From Octopus vulgaris (Eukaryota): 64,000 nucleotides of DNA. The stretch spans positions 60,264,001 to 60,328,000 of the forward strand of contig OX597825.1 in the NCBI GenBank assembly GCA_951406725.2. Reading direction: 5' to 3'. Positions 55,915 to 64,000 of the stretch are shown here, piece by piece. Within the stretch, counting starts at the first letter, position 1. The number at the start of each line of letters is the position of its first letter. A model generated the notes under the pieces. That model saw only the letters and a list, made by a program, of their open reading frames with translations. It ran no database searches and was not told the origin of the DNA. Made by a program: the position numbers and the translations under genes.

Positions 55915-56032
55915 TTTAATATTGACTTCCGATTTTGGCACAAACCCAGCAATTTTGTTGGAGGAGTAAATCGATTGCTTCGAACCCAGTACTCAACTGG
56001 TACTTACTTTATCGGCCCCGAAAGGATGAAAG
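55915..56032 (-). mobile_element. Partial SINE family A
   Basis: ccagtactcaactggtactta..ttatcggccccgaaaggatgaaag. Confidence 0.75.
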
Positions 56033-59000
56033 CGTCGTTCTAATATTAGCATTACAACTATTTATGTATGTATAACGCGCGCGTGTGTCGGTGCTTTATC
56101 ATAAGAGAAACATCCATTGTTGCTTTGAATAACTTACTTGCGAGAAACACCACCTGACAGAAACATCTCAATTTTATTTATTACAAATATATTTCAAGTC
56201 TTGCAATTCATAATATTCTTTTTGCAATAACACTGCCTCATCCACCCGTTTCCATTATTTCCCTTATTCGTTTTCTGTCTTATATCTGGAGCCATGCAGT
56301 AAATATATTTCTTCGGAGAAACATAACTTCTATGTGGTATTGTCTCCCAGTTAAAATTTTTTTCTTTAGGACTTCTATCTACATATATCTAAACTCAATA
56401 TTAAGGCATCCCACATTCATGTCACGAAATCAAGTGATTCTACAAAGTTTACAGTTATGTATCAGCTCAAACCATTCCTCTTTTATTTTGCCAGTATTTT
56501 TAAATATATATTTTGAATTTAACCGGGTTTTCTTATGAAATTTAAAAATGTAAATATATATGTAACATTTAATAAAGAAGAATTACCACATTAGAATATT
56601 ATAGAGAATGGTTGAAATTAATTCTTTCATCCGAGAATTGACACACGCTTTATCAATTCCAGAGAAGAACATATATACTATGAAATGTTAACTTAGAAGT
56701 TTGAGGGATAGTATTAAATAATTTTGCTTATGATGCGAAGATACTACTGAAATTTATTAAACATCATGTATTTAGAAGGAATATTACAGTTATATTCCAG
56801 TTGTATTTACTATAAAATTAGATGTCATTTGTTATTAATAAACTAGTATATATGTTTTTGGGAATGGGTTTCAAGACTTCACTATAATGGCATTGTACGA
56901 GCTCTCACGTAAACGGTTTTAAATATTTAGTGGCATACAATGTATTTCAATAATATCCATTTTTGAACATTTAACAAGATTTTTTTTTATCTCAACTCGA
57001 AAAAGACGCTGACTTTACAACATGCTTATTGCTTCTCATATTGACAGTTTGAATTACCTGTTTATAAGTGAATTTCGGTAGATGAAGCTGAAAAGAGATA
57101 GCGAATAGATGTGTGAATGTAAGAAATAAAATTTGAATAAAATATATATTTATAAAAAACAACAGAATTGAAATACGTGAGAGAAATTATAAAGTGGAAA
57201 GATAAAATGAAACGATTTTATTTTAAGGCAGCGAATATATAAATAAATAATATGTCTTCCTATAGCGGCAAGCGCTAGAAGAATGCTAGCAGGAGATGTT
57301 TCTCGGTCTTACATAGATTTTCCTACCGTTGATGTGCAGAACTATGTTCAAAACAGTTGTAGAATAAAGTTCGAGAATTATTCGGAGAGGGGGCTGAAAT
57401 CATACGCAGGTCTATGGAAATAATTTTAATACGATTCTTTTACAGAATTAGTAGTAACTCAACACTAAAAGCTTAAAATGTTGTTTCCTTTCAAGCAGGT
57501 AAACACGTATATTACGAACATCATTCAGTAGTTATTCAAGATACGTAGATACGTAAATAAATAGACAAACATATATATAGATAGAGAGAGAGAGAACAGA
57601 GACAGAGAAAGAAAGGAAGAAGAAAAGAAAGAAAGAGACAGATTGACAGACAAGCAGAGAGTAATACGTGAAGAGGGGGTGTTAGGGAGGGAAAGTAATT
57701 ACAATTCTCAAGAAATTCAAATATATATACTTAATGACATAAACATACTACTTTATATAAGGCAAAAGTAAATTAATACAACGCATTACAATTCTTGAGA
57801 TGAACTCATAAGAAGATTCTTTTTTGGTTGCAAACAATGATTAAAAAAGAATTGTTTACAAGCAAAAGTTATATCATAATCTATTTAATATAATAAAATA
57901 AATGAGGTAAATTGTATTTTAAAGTGTATGGGTGACTATAAGATTCTCTTATCAGATGACATAAATAAATGATCCGATTAATCAACTTGAAATGATTGTC
58001 TGTCAAATATATACGTCTGAGATGATTTGAAGATAGCATGCAAGGTAATAAAATCGTTGAAAATTAGAATGTATTTAAGGTATTTGGTAATTTGTAAGTG
58101 ATCAATTTATTAAATGTTCATTGTGTTTACTAATGAACTGTACATCATCATGATAACTTTCCGTGACATCTACACTAAGTCCCTGAGATATCACTGCATA
58201 ACATCAATTTCAATACACAAAATGTTGATCAATCTTTTTCTGAATGCTTTCCTTAAAGTAAATCATTATTTTAGTGATTAATGTTTTCTAACGTTAGAGT
58301 TGATTAGACAAAATAGTTTAGTAAAGTCAACTCTTGTTACTGGTATAGTTCACACCCTTTGGACTATTAGGCCAGGTGATGGGGTAAAGATTCCTTCTGT
58401 CTAGTGTGGATATTAAAGAAAAATCTTACGTACTATAATGTGCCTTTTGATCCTCACAGCTAGCTGATCATATACCTTTAATACTCAGATGCCACCATCC
58501 ACTCGATTCCTTCTACTGGCCACCCTTGTTGTGTCCAATTATCTGCAGTCTGTATTAACCAATATGCCCAGTCCTTTTCTCCTCGAAGATCGGCCCTCGG
58601 GCAAGTCCTTCCTACCCATGCCTTTTTTGCACATGCTGAACGGCAGCTGTATAAACGGAGCACTAGCTGCATCAGCATTACCAGTCTCTAAAGTCCTGCA
58701 AGTGTTATGAGCTCTACCACTTTGTCTAGACTCGGCAAGTAACAACATATGAACTCATTTTGTCTCAGGTTATATATATTTTAGCAGCCCCCAAATCATG
58801 GAAAATAAATATGAAGATGGCCGGAAATGAATTAAGCACATACTAAAGTAAATTACACAACAATTCAGTATCAGCACCTCCCTATTGTTTTTTTTCATTC
58901 CCACAGTTAGAGTGTAAAAAGAGTTTTAAGTACAGATTAAATTAACGTCTTTTTGTCTTATCAGAAAGAAAAATATAAGCAAATTTGAGACTGGTGCTTA

Positions 59001-62000
59001 AATAAGTAAGCAGACTAAATGTCAAGATACTTTTACAATTACATATCTATATTGCAAAATTTCACCCTTCTTTGTGAAAATGTTAATAAACGTTAATGTA
59101 AATGCGAGCAACATTTTAAAACCAAGGACTCTAAAATACAAACAAGGTTTAAAATTCGTGGGAATTGATAATGAATTTTATTCTCTCCAATATTTAACTA
59201 AAATTTCCTTCTATCAGAGCCAGAAAAATGAGAAATAAAGTTGACATCGGATGGAGCTGATACAGAAATTAAAGACTAAATGAATTCTGTAAGCATTTTT
59301 GTCCAATGTTCCAAAGATCCTCACAGTCCATAGACTTCTTCTCTTTGTCTTTAATGATAAGATAAAATTTCAAAAATCACGTGAAGGGTACATAATTTGG
59401 GGAATAAATTTGAATTCTTTATCTTTACTGCAAAAATTAAAAATTCTGCGTCAAAGCCATCCTTTGGTAGTGAATAGTATATAATGAGATAAACAGCGGC
59501 AACATGAAAACGACTTCAGTTATAACAATAGCAACATCCACCACGATGGAGACAACGGCAGGAGCAATAGAACAACTACAAAAAAGAATTTAGCTGAATA
59601 TTATCAGTTAATTAAAATTTTTCTTCCGAGTAAAAAAAAAAAGACAAAACATTATCTAAATGAATAGAATAAATTCCTAATATGTGACAAAATGGAGCAT
59701 TTAATTTGTGTCAATTTAAAACTAGATTTACATAGAAAGTGTAAAAACAATTAACAGTTGTTTTATGGTTAGATTTATTAAATCTAAACATCTTCATTTG
59801 TTGCTTTGTTTATGATGCATTATATCGTTTTAGTTTACTTGGTACAGATGCCTATGTGATGAAACAACAAAGCCTTCTGATAAGAGAATAGTTATAGTGA
59901 AATGTATCGACACATTTTAAGCGTAACATAAAAATATTTACTTCATTTTACTGTAAAAATAGAACGTCCTTAGACTTGTAGATTGAATAACTAAAATGTA
60001 TGAAAGTTAGAGTAAAGAAGGAAGAAATCGAACTTGCCGATATTTGTTTCAGGCGTTGAAGTTTATCAGAAGTAACGACGCGCAGTGATTTTAATATCTT
60101 TGCTTATACATTAAGGCAGGTATGTAGTCAATAGAAAATTGGTTGTTGTTAGGAGAAATTAAGTAGCGTGTTCGTCATGCATCATGACTCAGAATTTTAC
60201 AATGAACTGATGATCAGAGTCGAAATATATGAGGCGGAAAACTTCGAATTTAAAGTAAAAATGGAAAATGCATTTCATTCCATTCCTAAAATGAAGAATG
60301 GAAACTGGGTCAGAAAATAGAATCAGTAAAACTCTTTTCCTATTCGACGAGGATTTCAAACTGAATCAATATTGATTTCGCTTTCTTCACTTCAATATAG
60401 ATTTTTTTCTATGTGAAAACTAAATTGAATTGACATCACATTATTTCTGAAACTTAAGTTGTTATTGATTCCAAAGCAAAGAATAGCAAAGGTGACATCG
60501 TAGAGATATGAAATTACGGCTTGTAGAAAAGGACTGTGATGGAAGGAAATTTGGACAAGTTCTGTTTGAATCAGTATATATATACCATTGCTCGTATTAC
60601 ATATTGATATCATAAATAATGAAATAATACATTAAATTCATCAATCTTATAAGCCTTAAGAAGACACGATGGTTACGGCTTGACTGACTTTGACCAAAGG
60701 CCTGAATATTTCGGAAAGTCATGAATATAAACAATCAAAATTAGTTAAATACATACATATATAGTCTAATATTAAAACAATCGGGTCGAATCAAATACAT
60801 TCTCGAGTTATACATGACAACATTAACTACTTATACTACGTGATCGAGGTTTGAAGTGTATAATCCGCATATGAAACTAAGTAACTCTGATAAGAGAGAA
60901 GTTACTTTCACTTCGGTCACTAGCTTAGAATTCCAGTGATACTGCTACCCGTATCTCTCGAAACAAAATATCTAACGATGTTATCCTGCGGCTAGAGGTA
61001 TGTTTCCATTCTGAGAATAACTAACGCAATAAAATATCAACAGAGATGTCTCACACTGTAAACCTTCGGGAATCATCAGCACGACAGAATTCATTGCTAT
61101 TTCGATCACGTATATATTTACATCTGGATAGCCTTTACATTTGTTTGCCTTATACACTACTTTCCGTGGTACTGTTTGGCAATTTCTGCTATCCAATATA
61201 AACAAACTCCAGCTGTCCTTGAGTAATGGCAATTTTACAAACGAGATACACAGTAATAGAGACCCGAACGTCTAATCCTGATAATCATCTACTCATGCTC
61301 TAAAAACGTATAATTATAAAAATTAAACTCTGAATTATTAGTTAGAAGTTGTAGTGTAACGTGATTCCAGTCCATAATCTAGGAAGCAAAAATATATATC
61401 AAAATCACAATATGTTTTTGAATGATTTGTGTTTAAGAAATAATGAAATTTGATCAACGGACAATGTGAAAATACTCTGTTTAATGATACTGCTGAAGGA
61501 CGATATGAGAATGAGGAAAAAGAAGTTCCTACGATACGATAAATTATCTGGTGAAATAAAGTTTGTTATTAAAATAGTTTTAGATCATAAATTGTTTTTA
61601 GTAGTTAATTAGATATCCAGAAAAGCTTGAAATTCTGCAGTTTCTTTTAATTGGATAAATATGTCAAACTGTCAGTCTGTATGAGAGATTAAAAAATACT
61701 ATATTGGCTAAATATTAGAAGAAAAATTAAGAAAAGAAATGTTTATTTTTTAAATCAAGCAAAAGACAATGAATGCCAAAAACAAAAAGCATAACATACT
61801 CCAAACGTCTCTAAATAAGAGACAATGGATGCTTCAGAGAATGATTTCATAATTTAAGACATCAATAAATGTATAATATTCTTCATTTAGCATTAATTTA
61901 CATTTGGTAAAACGAACACAAGCCATTGTAAAATGTACCTATAAATAAAACAAGCCAAGTATATAATTCCACGTTGTTGCTATATAACGTGGATCAGTCA

Positions 62001-63399
62001 CCATGCGGGAGATGCGGTGATAAGTAACCATAATAAGGTCATCCATTGAGTCGATTAGCTCCATAAATGTGAACACCATCCGTCTCAATATCATACTTAA
62101 GCGAAAATTCCCCTACCTTAAAATATCTCCTTTAAGTTGTATATTTTTATGCAGAAGACATTATTTCCACTCTACTTTTGTATCCTTTTGGATTTCCACA
62201 ACAAGGAAAGGCTAATCTCCAAAAAATATCTAGTTAATTTTTTGTAATTTTTCAAAATATCTAATATCTTTGGCATAATCTCGACAAATATTTTGACAAA
62301 TATTTTGAAGAAACCTCGTAAATTGATAATTATCTAATCGTACAACATACGTTGGGAAAATTGCCTCTAGTTATAATAATCTGATAGCAAGTACGAGTAG
62401 TTTTCATGAAGTTATGCTCTGTAGAGAATAATTTTTTCTGTTTTTTAAATGTGCAACTTCCTTATATATTAACTGAATTGGACGTTAGCGAATATTGCTA
62501 AATGTAACATATATCGGCGAATAATTGAGATGTCCTTATATTACTGATGTTCTTTTAAATAGCAACAGAGAAATGAAAAAGATATCAAAACTGAAACTGT
62601 AAAAGATGAAACGTGAACATGGAATATTGTGTTCTTGAACATTCACTTTGAAACCACACTTACCATACAAACAAGAACGACTTTACTTTTTTCTACTGTA
62701 AATAGAAGACCTGAAATCTGAAACTCTCAGTGGGAATGGTTAAGTCGATTCCATGGGCTTCCGTGTTTAACTTATACGTATTTAGCATTCCCGAAATGAT
62801 GACAGGAAATGTTGACTTCGATGGCATTTAAATTTAGGAAATCAAGAGCCAGGAATAATACCGTTACGCATCCATCTTTATGGTGTGTTAACGATTCAGC
62901 CTGATCGCCAATAATTACTATTGTAATTGCACTCGCTAACATACAGGGATGTGCGCGAACGCACATTTTATAAGCAAAAACACGCGTACTCTCTACGAAT
63001 CATTCACTTTACAATACGCAAACACGCACAAACGCACCTATATACACACACATTCACATTAACACACACACACACACACCTATACACCTACATGGATTTA
63101 TGCATATATACATTGCATTAATAGAAACACTTCTGAGCGCTTACATGTCAAATTCTGTATCAAAGTATGTTGTATTTCGAACTGACAGAAGCAAAAACTC
63201 ATGGTGGATCCAGGCAGATATCAGCCCTCTACACCTGCTGCCATGCTCAAACTCAGTTTCTGACATCCAGGTAGTATATATAAAATAGATCAAAATGCTA
63301 ATAATTACTACATATGATCCAAATCGTGGGATTCATTACAATAGAGCCTCAAACAGATGGAAAAATTATTGACAACGTAGATGTTCTGAGGGCCGCCTT

Positions 63400-63960
63400 C
63401 GCTCACGTATGTCACTGTACTAACAAAGGCAAGCAGTGTCTCTGCTAGACCTCAAAAACATGCTCTTTATGGAACAAACAGTGCTCCACCAAACAAGGTG
63501 TAAAAATGTTATGGACTTCTGCTTCACAAGAAACACGGCCCTCAGGTTAAGGTGGCCCTGACTATTTTCTGTCACTATAACTTAATAGATCTAAGAATGT
63601 ATGGTCCGTAGGAAACAACAAATGAGCAGGCTAATAGATACGCCTACTTTACTGTATGAACTTACAGAAAGCTTATTGAATGGTGATTTAGAAAGAATCT
63701 ATTGAACAAAATTGATCAGCTAGTCTCTCTACGCAAGATATTAACATAAGTCTACAGAAGTTTATGACAACCATGCGCGAAAAATGCAGTAAGTTTGCTC
63801 CAGAGAGAATCTCACACCGATAGAAATACATAATTCTCATGTATAGGAAATCTGGAATGATCTATGGGATGGAGAGAGGTAGCCAGGCTGGCCCGGGCAA
63901 TCAGCCTGACAGTATGATCCCTCGATAGAGAAACAAAGGAAGATTCCAATGAATCGACGA
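63400..63960 (+). pseudogene. Possible decayed RTE-type LINE, post-RT fragment
   Basis: LTKASSVSARPQKH..WNK, SLRKIL and MIYG..G resemble RTE RIAKASSAFGRL..W / CLRKIL / LYGEL motifs. Confidence 0.45.
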
Positions 63961-64000
63961 GCAAGTATCTCAAATCGTCTAAATGAGCCACTAAAGGGTG

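Noticed and set aside
60208-60233. CTGATGA-tcagagtc-GAAA hammerhead-like core
   Set aside because: No stem II or stem I pairing and no NUH triplet in register; likely chance.

Overview
This is AT-rich eukaryotic non-coding DNA, dense in microsatellites. The SINE types and repeat landscape look like an octopus or other coleoid cephalopod (my inference, not a database result). I find no convincing host protein-coding gene; almost all track ORFs come from microsatellites or repeats. The window contains many tRNA-derived SINE copies, decayed Tc1/mariner (DD37D-like) transposases, R4/Dong-type and RTE-type LINE fragments, and a decayed Penelope-like element (PLE) RT/GIY-YIG fragment. The most notable signal is about 10 type I hammerhead ribozyme (HHR) motifs, three of them nearly intact (7073-7123, 14144-14212, 28064-28108). 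They lie in short non-coding elements embedded in (TA)n or (ATT)n tracts, arranged either as fold-back palindromes that pivot at the ribozyme or as ~354-452 bp tandem units. This pattern suggests a diverse set of non-autonomous PLE-dependent, retrozyme-like elements. All alignments and folds were done by eye.
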